In this document: in pieces, positions 9,068 to 18,215 of the stretch
Numbering within the stretch: position 1 is the first letter of the stretch
How the letters are laid out: each line of letters starts with the position of its first letter
Origin: Promethearchaeum syntrophicum
GTDB taxonomy: Archaea; Asgardarchaeota; Lokiarchaeia; Sigyniarchaeales; Promethearchaeaceae
Assembly (NCBI RefSeq): GCF_008000775.2
Contig: NZ_CP042905.2
Span: 2,100,001 to 2,132,000 of the forward strand
Length of the DNA: 32,000 bases
Direction of reading: 5' to 3'
Translations under genes and position numbers: made by a program
Notes under the pieces: generated by a model
What the model saw: only the letters and a program-made list of their open reading frames with translations
What the model was told of the DNA's origin: nothing
Databases searched by the model: none

Positions 9068-10351
9068 TTACTTATCTCCTTTCATTGCGAGTGGAACAAT
9101 TCGCGTTAATGGTGTGTACCTATCATGAACTTCAATAGGTAAATCTAATTCTTTTCCAATATCTTTCATTAATTGCAAACCTTCTTTTTCATAAGGACCG
9201 CCTCTACGAACATAAATCTTAACATTTGCTTTCTTGAGTTGATCTACTTTCTTTCTAAATACGCTTACGATTCCAAGGAAAGTTGCTTTAACATTGGTAA
9301 AGTTTGCTATTCCGCCTGCAATAAATAAATATTTGGGTTTATTGTTTGGAGCAGGATTTTTTGTCATTAAGTCAATTATTGCTCCTGCATATAATTCAGT
9401 ATATTCGCGTGAAGGATTGCCTGAATATTCCCCGTAATTGGCCAATTCACCACCAAATCCCAAATCTGCGATGGTATCTGTAAATATTACAGAGGCCCCT
9501 CCTCCAGATAATAATGTCCAAATTCTCCCATCTGGATTTAGAAGTTTGAATTTTAATGAAGCACCGGTTTTTGAATCTAGTTCATCAATATATTCTTCCT
9601 CCTTGGATAATTCTTGTCCAAACCCTCCGGGAAATTCAACTGGGTTCTCTGAATTATTCCATGTATTGCTATGAAGGAAATAAGCAGTATTATCTAATCG
9701 AGATTTCAAATCTAATGGAATTATTTCTTTTTTGGAGGTTATCGCAAAAGGATTAATTTCCAAAAAGGTAAAATCTTGATCTTGATAAACATGCAATAAT
9801 GCCTTTACAAATGGAATTAATACATCTGAATAATCTCCAACATCGGGTAGTTTTCCTGCAAAGTCAAAGGAATCAATATCCGAATCGAATGGAATTGGGA
9901 TATGAGTTACTTTATCCCAATTTTCTTCAACAAAGATTCCACCCTCTAAACTAAAATGAACAATATCATTATCTCTGTCTGAGGTTATGGAAATGTAGTA
10001 TTCGGTATCATGCGGAATGAAAGGTTCTACTAAAAGGCGTGTTAGAGTTCCTTTTTTACCACTAATTTCAAAAGTTTTATTCAATTTTTCAGCAGCAAAT
10101 GCTTTTAATTGCTTAAGATCTGCATCGAGTAATAATAAGTTTGCCTTACCTCGTTTTCCAAATAATTGGTCTGGTTTTGCGACCAATTTATCGGTTTTTA
10201 ACCAAGGTAATTCTTTTGCTAATTTATCAATGTCAGTATCTGGTGTTAACACCGCTAGTTTGCCATGAAATTCGAATTCTGGGAAATATTTGGGAAGTTC
10301 ACTTGCAATAAGTTTTTTCCCATCGTACTCGTAAATTGGTTTTGATGCCAT
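9068..10351 (-). CDS. aclB: ATP-citrate lyase, small subunit (ATP-grasp; AclB in Chlorobium nomenclature, ACLA in plants)
   Basis: 427 aa; 'KLAVLTPDTDIDKLAKELPWL...LVAKPDQLFGKRGKANLLLLD', 'YYISITSDRDNDIVHFSLEGGIFVEENWDKV', 'DFTFLEINPFAI', 'GRIWTLLSGGGASVIFTDTIADLGFGGELANYGEYSG'. Confidence 0.94.
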   Translation of the reverse strand: MASKPIYEYDGKKLIASELPKYFPEFEFHGKLAVLTPDTDIDKLAKELPWLKTDKLVAKPDQLFGKRGKANLLLLDADLKQLKAFAAEKLNKTFEISGKKGTLTRLLVEPFIPHDTEYYISITSDRDNDIVHFSLEGGIFVEENWDKVTHIPIPFDSDIDSFDFAGKLPDVGDYSDVLIPFVKALLHVYQDQDFTFLEINPFAITSKKEIIPLDLKSRLDNTAYFLHSNTWNNSENPVEFPGGFGQELSKEEEYIDELDSKTGASLKFKLLNPDGRIWTLLSGGGASVIFTDTIADLGFGGELANYGEYSGNPSREYTELYAGAIIDLMTKNPAPNNKPKYLFIAGGIANFTNVKATFLGIVSVFRKKVDQLKKANVKIYVRRGGPYEKEGLQLMKDIGKELDLPIEVHDRYTPLTRIVPLAMKGDK

Positions 10352-10363
10352 TTTGTTTTCCTT

Positions 10364-12298
10364 CTATTTTTGACTCGCGTAATTTAATTTTCCACCTAAG
10401 ACAATTATCTCTCGATCTCGGTCTGATAAATCATATGTCACTTTAAAATCAAGATGTTTTGTCTTATTATGAACAATAATTGGTTTAATTCCATCCCTAA
10501 TTGATTGTTTGACATTAGGAATTGTTAGAATGTCTCCTAGATCCAATTTATCGAAATCTTCTGGATTTACAAATGTGAGTGGTAAAATACCAGAGTTAAT
10601 CAGATTATCACGATGAATTCGTGCAAATGATTTCGCGATTTTGAATTTTATTCCAAGATACATTGGAGCTAAAGCTGCATGTTCTCGGCTCGAACCTTGT
10701 CCATAATTATCACCTGCGATTATTGCACCTCCACCATGAGGTTTCTCCTTTAATGCTCGTTCTGCAAAATCTGGATCAATTTGTTCAAATACATGTTTAC
10801 TGATTTCAGGTAAATTACTTCTTAAGGGCAAAATCTTGGCTCCTGCTGGCATGATATGATCAGTGGTAATATCATCTTCAACTTTGATTACAACCTTTAC
10901 ACTTCCAAATGATTCAGTTAATGGTAGAAAATCTGGTAAAGGTGCGATATTAGGTCCACGAATAATTTCTATTTTACTACCATCTTCTGCAGGGTCTAAA
11001 ATCATGGAATCGTCGAGTTCGATCTTCTTTGGGAAATCAAATTTAGGATAAGCACCGAGTTTTTTTGGATCAGTAATTTCACCATAAACAGCAACAGCTA
11101 CAGCCACTTCTGGGCTTACAAGATAAGCTTGAGCACTTTTGTTACCTGTTCTCCCGAAGAAATTTCGGTTATATGTACGAACAACAATAGCACCTGTCTT
11201 AGGTGCGAATCCCATTCCAATACATGGTCCACAAGCAGATTCAAATACTCGCGCTCCTGATGAAATAATGTTTGCAAGTGCACCATCTTTAGCTAATTGA
11301 GTCATAACTTGTCTTGATCCTGGGGAAATTCCTAAAACTGTATCTGGATGAATTTTTCTGCCTTTTAGAAGTGTTGCGACTGTTTCCAAATCCTTCAGAG
11401 AACTATTTGTGCAAGATCCAATAGATACTTGATCTACTTTCAGTCCATATAACTCTGATAATTTTACAACATTTCCCGGTGAGTGTGGTTTAGCCACCAT
11501 CGGTTCCAATTCAGAAAGATTAATTTCCATGATTTCATCATAATCTTCTTCGGTTCCTTCAGGGATTTCATTCCAATGATCTTCGCGACCTTCCATTTTA
11601 AGGAATTCTTTGGTGATTTCATCTGATGGGAAAATCGATGTGGTGGCTCCAGTTTCTGCACCCATATTTGTAATGGTGGCTCTTTCTGGAACAGAAAGGG
11701 TTTTAATTCCCGGACCAAAGTATTCTAAGATTTTTCCCCGACCACCCTTTACAGTTAAGATTCTTAAAACTTCCAAAATAACATCTTTAGCTGTAACGTA
11801 ATCTGGTAATTTTCCAGTAAGCTTAATACCTAAAATTTTTGGAGTTTTTAGATAGAATAGGCCCCCTCCCATAGCAACTGCTACGTCTAAGCCTCCAACT
11901 CCTATTGCAATTTGTCCCATTCCACCGGCTGTTGGTGTATGAGAGTCTGAGCCAACCAATGTCTTTCCTGGAGTAGCAAAACGCTCTAAGAAAACTTGGT
12001 GACAGATTCCATTTCCTGGTCGAGAAAATTTAATTCCATATTTTGCAGCTACGGATTGTAAATACCGATGATCATCAGGATTCTTAAAATCTGTTTGTAG
12101 TGTATTATGATCTACAAACGATACTGACAACTCAGTTTTTACATGATCTAATTTCATAGCTTCAAATTGGAGATAAGCCATAGTTCCTGTTGCGTCTTGA
12201 GTCAGAGTGTGATCGATCTTAATACCTATTTCTTTTCCAACTTCAAAGGTTCCTTCAACAAGATGTTTTTGTAATACGGATTTTGCAATTGATGTCAT
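10364..12298 (-). CDS. acn: Aconitate hydratase
   Basis: 644 aa; 'DHTLTQDATGTMAYLQFEA', 'LVGSDSHTPTAGGMGQIAIGVGGLDVAVAMGG', [4Fe-4S] ligand motifs 'GSCTNSS' and 'CGPCIGMG', C-terminal 'GDNYGQGSSREHAALAPMYLGIKFKIAKSFARIHRDNLINSGILPL'. Confidence 0.97.
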   Translation of the reverse strand: MTSIAKSVLQKHLVEGTFEVGKEIGIKIDHTLTQDATGTMAYLQFEAMKLDHVKTELSVSFVDHNTLQTDFKNPDDHRYLQSVAAKYGIKFSRPGNGICHQVFLERFATPGKTLVGSDSHTPTAGGMGQIAIGVGGLDVAVAMGGGLFYLKTPKILGIKLTGKLPDYVTAKDVILEVLRILTVKGGRGKILEYFGPGIKTLSVPERATITNMGAETGATTSIFPSDEITKEFLKMEGREDHWNEIPEGTEEDYDEIMEINLSELEPMVAKPHSPGNVVKLSELYGLKVDQVSIGSCTNSSLKDLETVATLLKGRKIHPDTVLGISPGSRQVMTQLAKDGALANIISSGARVFESACGPCIGMGFAPKTGAIVVRTYNRNFFGRTGNKSAQAYLVSPEVAVAVAVYGEITDPKKLGAYPKFDFPKKIELDDSMILDPAEDGSKIEIIRGPNIAPLPDFLPLTESFGSVKVVIKVEDDITTDHIMPAGAKILPLRSNLPEISKHVFEQIDPDFAERALKEKPHGGGAIIAGDNYGQGSSREHAALAPMYLGIKFKIAKSFARIHRDNLINSGILPLTFVNPEDFDKLDLGDILTIPNVKQSIRDGIKPIIVHNKTKHLDFKVTYDLSDRDREIIVLGGKLNYASQK

Positions 12299-12326
12299 AT
12301 TTCTAACACGAAAAAATTTTTATTAT

Positions 12327-12345
12327 GGAAAGTATGTTCCTTTCC
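12327..12345. promoter_or_regulatory. Inverted repeat upstream of the aconitase start
   Basis: GGAAAG-TATGTTC-CTTTCC, perfect 6-bp arms, ending 29 bp before the acn start in the acn/regulator divergent spacer. Confidence 0.35.
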
Positions 12346-12508
12346 TTTAAAAAAAATCCCCTTTTTTTAAAAAAAACGACCAAAGTCCAATAAAAAAACA
12401 AAAAAAAGGCGGTTAATGGTTGAAATATCACTCAATATTTTACCAAAACCTTAAATAAAAAAAAAATTTCTTACTTGTTAGGATTTAAGATTTTTCAAGG
12501 TATAAAAT

Positions 12509-13612
12509 ATGTCAATTGAACTCTTCCCAAAGAAAGATAATGAGAAAATCGTTTTATATAGTTTAGCCAAATATCCCGGTTTACCAGATAAGGATATATC
12601 AAAGATATTGGGCATAAAAGTCTCAACATTTACATCAATAAAAAAGAGATTAAAAAAGGATGATTATTTTAAACTTATTCTTGTTCCAGATTTGAAATAC
12701 ATGGGTTGTGAATTCTTGGGTGTGATTTTTACAAGTTTTAATCCCATTATTTCTCTTGAAGAAAGGCTTAAGATAACTAAAGAAACAATTGAAGTATCTG
12801 ATGAGATTTTTCTCTCGATTGGTGATCCCGAGAAAGGATTTTCTTTAAGCTTAAACGAAAATTATACAAATTTTGTTCGAATCAACGATAAACGAACAAC
12901 TACTTTCGGTAAGGAAGGATTACTCGAGAAAGAATATCCAAATGAGATTATATTCCCATTTCCAACCTCTAAAACCTTTGAATTCTTTAATTATGGAAAA
13001 TCTTTGAAAAAAATTTTTAATATTGATAATATTTTGAATATCCCAAAGGAATCTGAAAAGGCGGGAGAGATCCTTGAAAAAAAGATAAAAAAATTTGATT
13101 TTATTGAAGAAAAAGGAAATATTAAACTGAAAGCAAATGAAAAAATGGTATTTTTATCTTTAATCAATAATCCTGAGGCAACTCTTCAAGAAATCGCCGA
13201 TAAAATCAAACTTACTCGACACACAGTGTCTCGAATTAAGAAAGGATTTTTTGAAAAAGGATTACTAAAGTATTTAACTATACCAAATCTAAAAAAGATA
13301 GGCTATGGTTTGCTGGCTTTTTATCATTTTAAATTTAGTCCACAGAATCCACCAACGGATGAAGATTTTGAACAATTAAATTCAGATTCAACTGTATATT
13401 TCGTTGGTAAAAAATTCGAAGCACTTATGATTTCGCTCTATAAAGATTATGATGCTTATAAAATCGATAAAACAGAGAAATTTACTTATCTTAAACTGAA
13501 AGAGTTGATTATTTTTGATCCTGAAATTCGACGATATACATTCGATCGGCTAGTAATTATTAAAGATATGGTTTTTGAACCTATTACAGAAAAAATATTG
13601 AAAAATAATTAG
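12509..13612 (+). CDS. Transcriptional regulator with two tandem winged-HTH plus effector-like modules (Lrp/AsnC-like HTH)
   Basis: HTH 1 'EKIVLYSLAKYPGLPDKDISKILGIKVSTFTSIKKRLKK..YFKLILVPDLKYMGCEFLGVI'; HTH 2 'EKMVFLSLINNPEATLQEIADKIKLTRHTVSRIKKGFFEKGLLKYLTIPNLKKIGYGLLAF'. Confidence 0.75.
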   Translation: MSIELFPKKDNEKIVLYSLAKYPGLPDKDISKILGIKVSTFTSIKKRLKKDDYFKLILVPDLKYMGCEFLGVIFTSFNPIISLEERLKITKETIEVSDEIFLSIGDPEKGFSLSLNENYTNFVRINDKRTTTFGKEGLLEKEYPNEIIFPFPTSKTFEFFNYGKSLKKIFNIDNILNIPKESEKAGEILEKKIKKFDFIEEKGNIKLKANEKMVFLSLINNPEATLQEIADKIKLTRHTVSRIKKGFFEKGLLKYLTIPNLKKIGYGLLAFYHFKFSPQNPPTDEDFEQLNSDSTVYFVGKKFEALMISLYKDYDAYKIDKTEKFTYLKLKELIIFDPEIRRYTFDRLVIIKDMVFEPITEKILKNN

Positions 13613-13618
13613 AAATAA

Positions 13619-13816
13619 CTAACCTCCCCCGAACATGTGGATGGCTAACACGTTATCTCCATCTTTAATATACGTTGAGGAATATTCGCTGTCTGGAATG
13701 AAAACATCATTAATTTTGACTGTGATATTTGGAAATGTATAATTCTTAATTTCTAATAGTTTCTTCACGGTTAGATTTTCAAACCATTCTGAAGGTCGAT
13801 TATTGAGTTGAATCAT
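13619..13816 (-). CDS. ThiS/MoaD-type beta-grasp sulfur-carrier protein
   Basis: 65 aa, 'MIQLNNRP.EWFENLTVKKLLEI....ITVKINDVFIPDSEYSSTYIKDGDNVLAIHMFGGG', ThiS-like spacing and C-terminal Gly-Gly tail. Confidence 0.8.
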   Translation of the reverse strand: MIQLNNRPSEWFENLTVKKLLEIKNYTFPNITVKINDVFIPDSEYSSTYIKDGDNVLAIHMFGGG

Positions 13817-13929
13817 TCCGAATCCTAATCGATTAAAGTAAATGGTTTTGAAAAATGTTATTATAATAAATTTTTATAGTTATAAAGAAATACTACAAGA
13901 TAAGATATTTTTAATCTAAAGGTGAGAAA

Positions 13930-14376
13930 ATGACTGGAAAAATAAAAAATGGAGATACTGTGAGCGTTACATACACAGGAACTTTTGATAACGGGGAAAT
14001 CTTTGATTCCTCTGATATGCATGATGGAGAGCCTATAGTGTTTGAAGTGGGAGCACATCAAGTAATTGCAGGTTTTGAAAACGCTGTGGTTGATAAAGAA
14101 CTAGGTGAAGAAATATCAATTCGTTTAGAACCTAAAGATGCTTATGGAGAACGAGATGAAAAGGCAATTCAAACTATTCCAAAAGAAGAATTGGGATTAG
14201 AAGCTGAGCCACAAGTGGGAATGCAACTAATGTTCCAACATCAACATGGTGATCATACTCATCAGATCCCGGGTCTTATTACCGAGGTGACCGATATAGA
14301 AATTATAGTTGATATGAATCATCCGATGGCAGGTAAAACGCTAAATTTCAAACTGAAAATTGAATCTGTTAAATAA
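13930..14376 (+). CDS. slyD: FKBP-type peptidyl-prolyl cis-trans isomerase, SlyD-like
   Basis: 'GDTVSVTYTGTFDNGEIFDSSD...PIVFEVGAHQVIAGFENAVVDKELGEEISIRLEPKDAYGERDE', insert-in-flap domain, upstream GGTGAG RBS. Confidence 0.93.
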   Translation: MTGKIKNGDTVSVTYTGTFDNGEIFDSSDMHDGEPIVFEVGAHQVIAGFENAVVDKELGEEISIRLEPKDAYGERDEKAIQTIPKEELGLEAEPQVGMQLMFQHQHGDHTHQIPGLITEVTDIEIIVDMNHPMAGKTLNFKLKIESVK

Positions 14377-14458
14377 AAACAAATAAAAAAAAAAAGTAAT
14401 GAATTTTTTTTTTCGATATTGCAGATTTTATTCGATTCCTTAAGTTTGCAGAAAAGAA

Positions 14459-15922
14459 TTATTTTTCAACTTGGTTTTTATTCTTTTCTTTATTTTTTTT
14501 AATCAACGGAATAGCTAATGTGATGGATGTCAAAATCCCTATAAAAATAATTAAATGTAGTTGTGATTCTACATAGGTAGTTGGAATCTCTTCATAGGTC
14601 CAATTGCTCAATAATCTAATTAATATATTTGGAATGAATACAATTAAATTAAGAATGAGTGCTCCCAAAAAGATGTTTATCTTGAATCTGTGTTGCATGA
14701 AAAGTAATCCAAAATTAATGATTCCGAGAATTATTATTGAGATAGTATAAAATGACCAAGTTTGCATCATGCCGGGATAAAATCCAATTAACTCAATAAA
14801 ATATATCATTTTGATATAATTGCTATTGTTACTCAGTTTTTCTTTTAGGTTATTTGAATTTAAAAACAATTGAATCAAAGCCATAATTTGGAATCCAATA
14901 AACATTATCCAAATATATATTACATGGAAGGCAATCACTGGAGAATAACGTGAAATCCATGTGGATCTCTCAATAAATTCTATAAAATAAAATGATGTTC
15001 CCGATAAAAATAATCCATATAAAATCGTAGGTAAATTGATTTTAATTTTAGAGGTATTTTTAAATTTAATAACGATGCAACCAATCACTGCACATAAAAT
15101 GCTAACAATCATTATTTGTTTGATATATATAAAACCAAATTCAAATCCAAAAAAGAACGCAAAATTTCCGAGAGTAAAATAAACAATGAAGAATAATAGA
15201 TTCAATTGGTCTTTTTTAGATCCCGAAAGAAGAGAAAATCCAATTCCTAGACAACTAACAATTAATATCACCAAAAATAAAGCTTGAGGTAGTTGAAAAG
15301 TCTTTATTCCCAAATTTGTACTATCATATCTCCAATAAGTTAAAGAGAGGAATACCAGAAAAAAAAGGTATTGAATTCCAAATAAAATTAAATTTTTACC
15401 CTTTTCTTGTGCACGGGGTTTAAGAGAAAGCCAAATAGAAATCATTGCAAGAATACAGCTGATGGAAATTATAATATAAGAAATAACTTCTTTTGTAACA
15501 GTAGCAGGGAAACCCCAAAGAGTTGTCACATTATGTACAGTGAAGAGTAGTATGATATCAAGAATGAAAATTATTATAGAAAGAATCAATGAAAATTTGA
15601 TATCCTTTCCAGAAACCGAAACTCGATATAAAATTGGTTCGGGGGAAATTTTTTCACTTACATCCTCTGCATCCTTTTCATCGGAAATTTGAGTATTTTT
15701 TTGTTCTTTTAAATTTATTCCCTTGAAAATCATTAAAAGAATTATAATCAAGGTAGTAAGGCCAGTTACAATTTCAAGAAAATTAATACTAGACCATTTG
15801 AAAAAACAAACATACGGAATAAATATCATTAAAAAAATTTGTAAATTCTTCTTAAGTTGGATTTTTTTCTTTTCTTTTTCTTCCTGATTTCGGGAAGCCA
15901 TTATGGGTGTTTTCGACGCCAT
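14459..15922 (-). CDS. Multi-pass (about 12 TM) membrane protein of unknown function
   Basis: 487 aa with repeated hydrophobic helices. Start uncertain; MASRNQ... (second Met) is also plausible. Confidence 0.75.
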   Translation of the reverse strand: MASKTPIMASRNQEEKEKKKIQLKKNLQIFLMIFIPYVCFFKWSSINFLEIVTGLTTLIIILLMIFKGINLKEQKNTQISDEKDAEDVSEKISPEPILYRVSVSGKDIKFSLILSIIIFILDIILLFTVHNVTTLWGFPATVTKEVISYIIISISCILAMISIWLSLKPRAQEKGKNLILFGIQYLFFLVFLSLTYWRYDSTNLGIKTFQLPQALFLVILIVSCLGIGFSLLSGSKKDQLNLLFFIVYFTLGNFAFFFGFEFGFIYIKQIMIVSILCAVIGCIVIKFKNTSKIKINLPTILYGLFLSGTSFYFIEFIERSTWISRYSPVIAFHVIYIWIMFIGFQIMALIQLFLNSNNLKEKLSNNSNYIKMIYFIELIGFYPGMMQTWSFYTISIIILGIINFGLLFMQHRFKINIFLGALILNLIVFIPNILIRLLSNWTYEEIPTTYVESQLHLIIFIGILTSITLAIPLIKKNKEKNKNQVEK

Positions 15923-16002
15923 AAATGTAATAAATCAAAACGACAATATAGTTTGATTCCTTCATACTCATAATTTACCATATGATACCTTATGATTTTT
16001 CA

Positions 16003-17259
16003 TTAAGTCCAATTTTTACATATTTCCATCAATGCTATCTGATGATTCTCTAAAGAATCCAAATCCACCCATTCATTGTCCTTATGATAATTTCCTCCCT
16101 TACATCCTAGTCCGATTGTTGGGATCGCGTGAAGAATAGGAGGTTGATAATCAGGTGAACTTAGCATATTTTCATCTGCAACTGAATTTCCTCCGGAAAA
16201 TCTGACATTATAACCTAGAGATTCCAAAGCGGAGATAGAAATCTGTGCTATTTTAGAATCCTTTGGAGTTACAAATGGAAGGAGAAAGGGGGTTGGGCGG
16301 ATTGATTTCCTGATTTGAAAATTTCCTAAGTCTAATACTTCGTTTATGCATGTTTTAAGTTGTTTAAGAACAAATTCTGGAGTTTCTGGAGGAACTAAAT
16401 GCCGATCAAATTCTATAAGACAAGAATCTGGTACCGAAAGAGAACTGGTGCCTGCATAAATTTTCAAAGGAGTGAGGGAAGCATTTGGTAAAAGATCATG
16501 TGTTCCCAATTGTAAATTCCCTGATTCTACAGATTTCATCACGTGGGCAATCACTTTGGCACCTAATTCTATTGCATTTATACCCGCTTTTGGTGTAGCA
16601 GCATGAGCGGCTTTTCCCTTGATTAAAACTTCTATTGCGATCCGCCCCCTTCTTCCTAATAGAATAGTTCCCACATCTGGCGTTTCTCCAATTTCAACTA
16701 CTTCCGAAATATCCGCAATTTCAGGACATATACAGCCTTGAACATCTCGAAGTAGATCAGTCTGTAGAAGTTGATACATACCTTTATCCACATATTCTTC
16801 ATCAATGGAAAATGCTAGTTTTAATTTTCGAGTGGAAAACCATTCAACAGGTAAAGAAATAGCAGTAGCAAGAATGGAGGCCACTCCCGCTTTCATATCG
16901 ATTGCTCCGTTACCGTACATTTTTCCTTCTTTTATTAAGGGCGTGAATGGATCTTGGGTCCATCCTAATTTTAAAGCGCGATCAATTATTTTTTGCCGAC
17001 TTTTCTCATTGTGAGGATTTTCATCTTCAACTCCCTGAATCGGTACAGTATCCAAGTGCCCAAAAAGGAGTAATGTATTTCCTGTACCTCGTTCTCCTAC
17101 AATACAAAATCTGTTTTCAACTGGGACTTTATGTACTCGAAAATTATGATTTTCTAAGAAACTTGAAACCCAATTTGCTATTTTATTCTCAAATGGATAA
17201 GGAGATGGAATTTCTACCAAATGATGGAGAATTCGTTGAACCGAAGGAAAATTTGACAT
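16003..17259 (-). CDS. M20 family metallopeptidase/deacylase (ArgE/DapE-like)
   Basis: 'LLLFGHLDTVPI', 'MYGNGAIDMKAGVASIL', 'FSIDEEYVDKG', 'AAHAATPKAGINAIE', 'HKDNEWVDLDSL'. Confidence 0.92.
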   Translation of the reverse strand: MSNFPSVQRILHHLVEIPSPYPFENKIANWVSSFLENHNFRVHKVPVENRFCIVGERGTGNTLLLFGHLDTVPIQGVEDENPHNEKSRQKIIDRALKLGWTQDPFTPLIKEGKMYGNGAIDMKAGVASILATAISLPVEWFSTRKLKLAFSIDEEYVDKGMYQLLQTDLLRDVQGCICPEIADISEVVEIGETPDVGTILLGRRGRIAIEVLIKGKAAHAATPKAGINAIELGAKVIAHVMKSVESGNLQLGTHDLLPNASLTPLKIYAGTSSLSVPDSCLIEFDRHLVPPETPEFVLKQLKTCINEVLDLGNFQIRKSIRPTPFLLPFVTPKDSKIAQISISALESLGYNVRFSGGNSVADENMLSSPDYQPPILHAIPTIGLGCKGGNYHKDNEWVDLDSLENHQIALMEICKNWT

Positions 17260-17311
17260 TATTCTAGATAATTATAAAAATTCTTTCTTTTTATGCACTT
17301 AGTTACCAAAA

Positions 17312-18076
17312 TCAGACTAGCGAATTCCCGGTTATTTGAGAAATGATAGGTAATAATTCTGTGCTGTTTTCATATTTATAATCTGCATATTCTGATTGAG
17401 CTCGATTTGATAGACAACTATTGCTTTGAATAGTATTTATACCTATTTCGTGGGCCATCTGCAAGAATTTTGGATTATCATCAATTACGATTGTGTATTT
17501 TGCGGTCCTATTATTAATTGTTAGGATTTTAGAATAAAAAGTGGAACTGAATTTTCCACAATTCAATAAATCAGGACCATAGAGTGTATTAAAATATTGA
17601 TTTGCGTTCATACCCAATAAATACCCATGAAGTTCAAATGAAGTCTCCCCCGAGGAAGTACACATAAGGTATCCTTGATTAGAAAGAGATTTTAATACTT
17701 CAATGATCCCTCTAGGAGGTGCTGCTGCTAATGGCGCAATCTTTTCAACAGTTTTATGAAAAAAATCCAAAAGACTAGAATTTGAGGGAATAGCAAGATT
17801 ATAACCAGAAAACAAGGATTTTCCCCAATTAATCATATGAGAACGGAAATAATTATTAAAATCATGTACACCCCCTCGATCGACAATTTGGAAGAACTCT
17901 TTCATGAATTTTTCAATATAATTAATATTAATTTCAATCCAACGTTGCTTTTCTCCCCCGTAGTGTTCCATCATATAATCTCCCAAAACCTGTTGAAATT
18001 TAAAACCACGAACATTATTATCATTAAGTACATTTCCGTCATCAAAAAGGATTAGCCAATCGGAAGGTGCGGTCAT
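17312..18076 (-). CDS. HAD superfamily hydrolase-like protein
   Basis: 'WLILFDDGNVLND', 'GIIEVLKSLSNQGYLMCTSSGE', 'YTIVIDDNPKFLQMAHEIGINTI' follow HAD motifs I-IV loosely. ORF extends to 18121; the internal ATG at 18074-18076 (MTAPSDW) is plausible. Confidence 0.7.
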   Translation of the reverse strand: MTAPSDWLILFDDGNVLNDNNVRGFKFQQVLGDYMMEHYGGEKQRWIEININYIEKFMKEFFQIVDRGGVHDFNNYFRSHMINWGKSLFSGYNLAIPSNSSLLDFFHKTVEKIAPLAAAPPRGIIEVLKSLSNQGYLMCTSSGETSFELHGYLLGMNANQYFNTLYGPDLLNCGKFSSTFYSKILTINNRTAKYTIVIDDNPKFLQMAHEIGINTIQSNSCLSNRAQSEYADYKYENSTELLPIISQITGNSLV

Positions 18077-18215
18077 AAAAATCATAAATGTATAACCTAT
18101 AAAAAATTTCTGATGTAGCAATATGATTGAACATCAAGAAAATTAATCTCTTATTTTCATTTTCGATAGACCTAAAAATATTTCAAACGGTATTATTTGA
18201 ATACACTTATTGATC

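Noticed and set aside
11464-11718. 84-aa ORF in aconitase
   Set aside because: Alternate-frame shadow of the aconitase gene.
13930-14376. His cluster 'QHQHGDHTH' in SlyD as a link to the nickel-regulator locus
   Set aside because: His in the flap insert is common in SlyD-type proteins and the gene is 7 kb from the NikR-like gene; linkage not supported.
16805-17267. Plus-strand ORFs of 69 and 106 aa
   Set aside because: Antisense to the M20 peptidase gene with no independent support.
18182-18201. Inverted repeat TTCAAA-N8-TTTGAA upstream of the methyltransferase
   Set aside because: Short AT-rich arms within range of chance in this composition; no supporting context.
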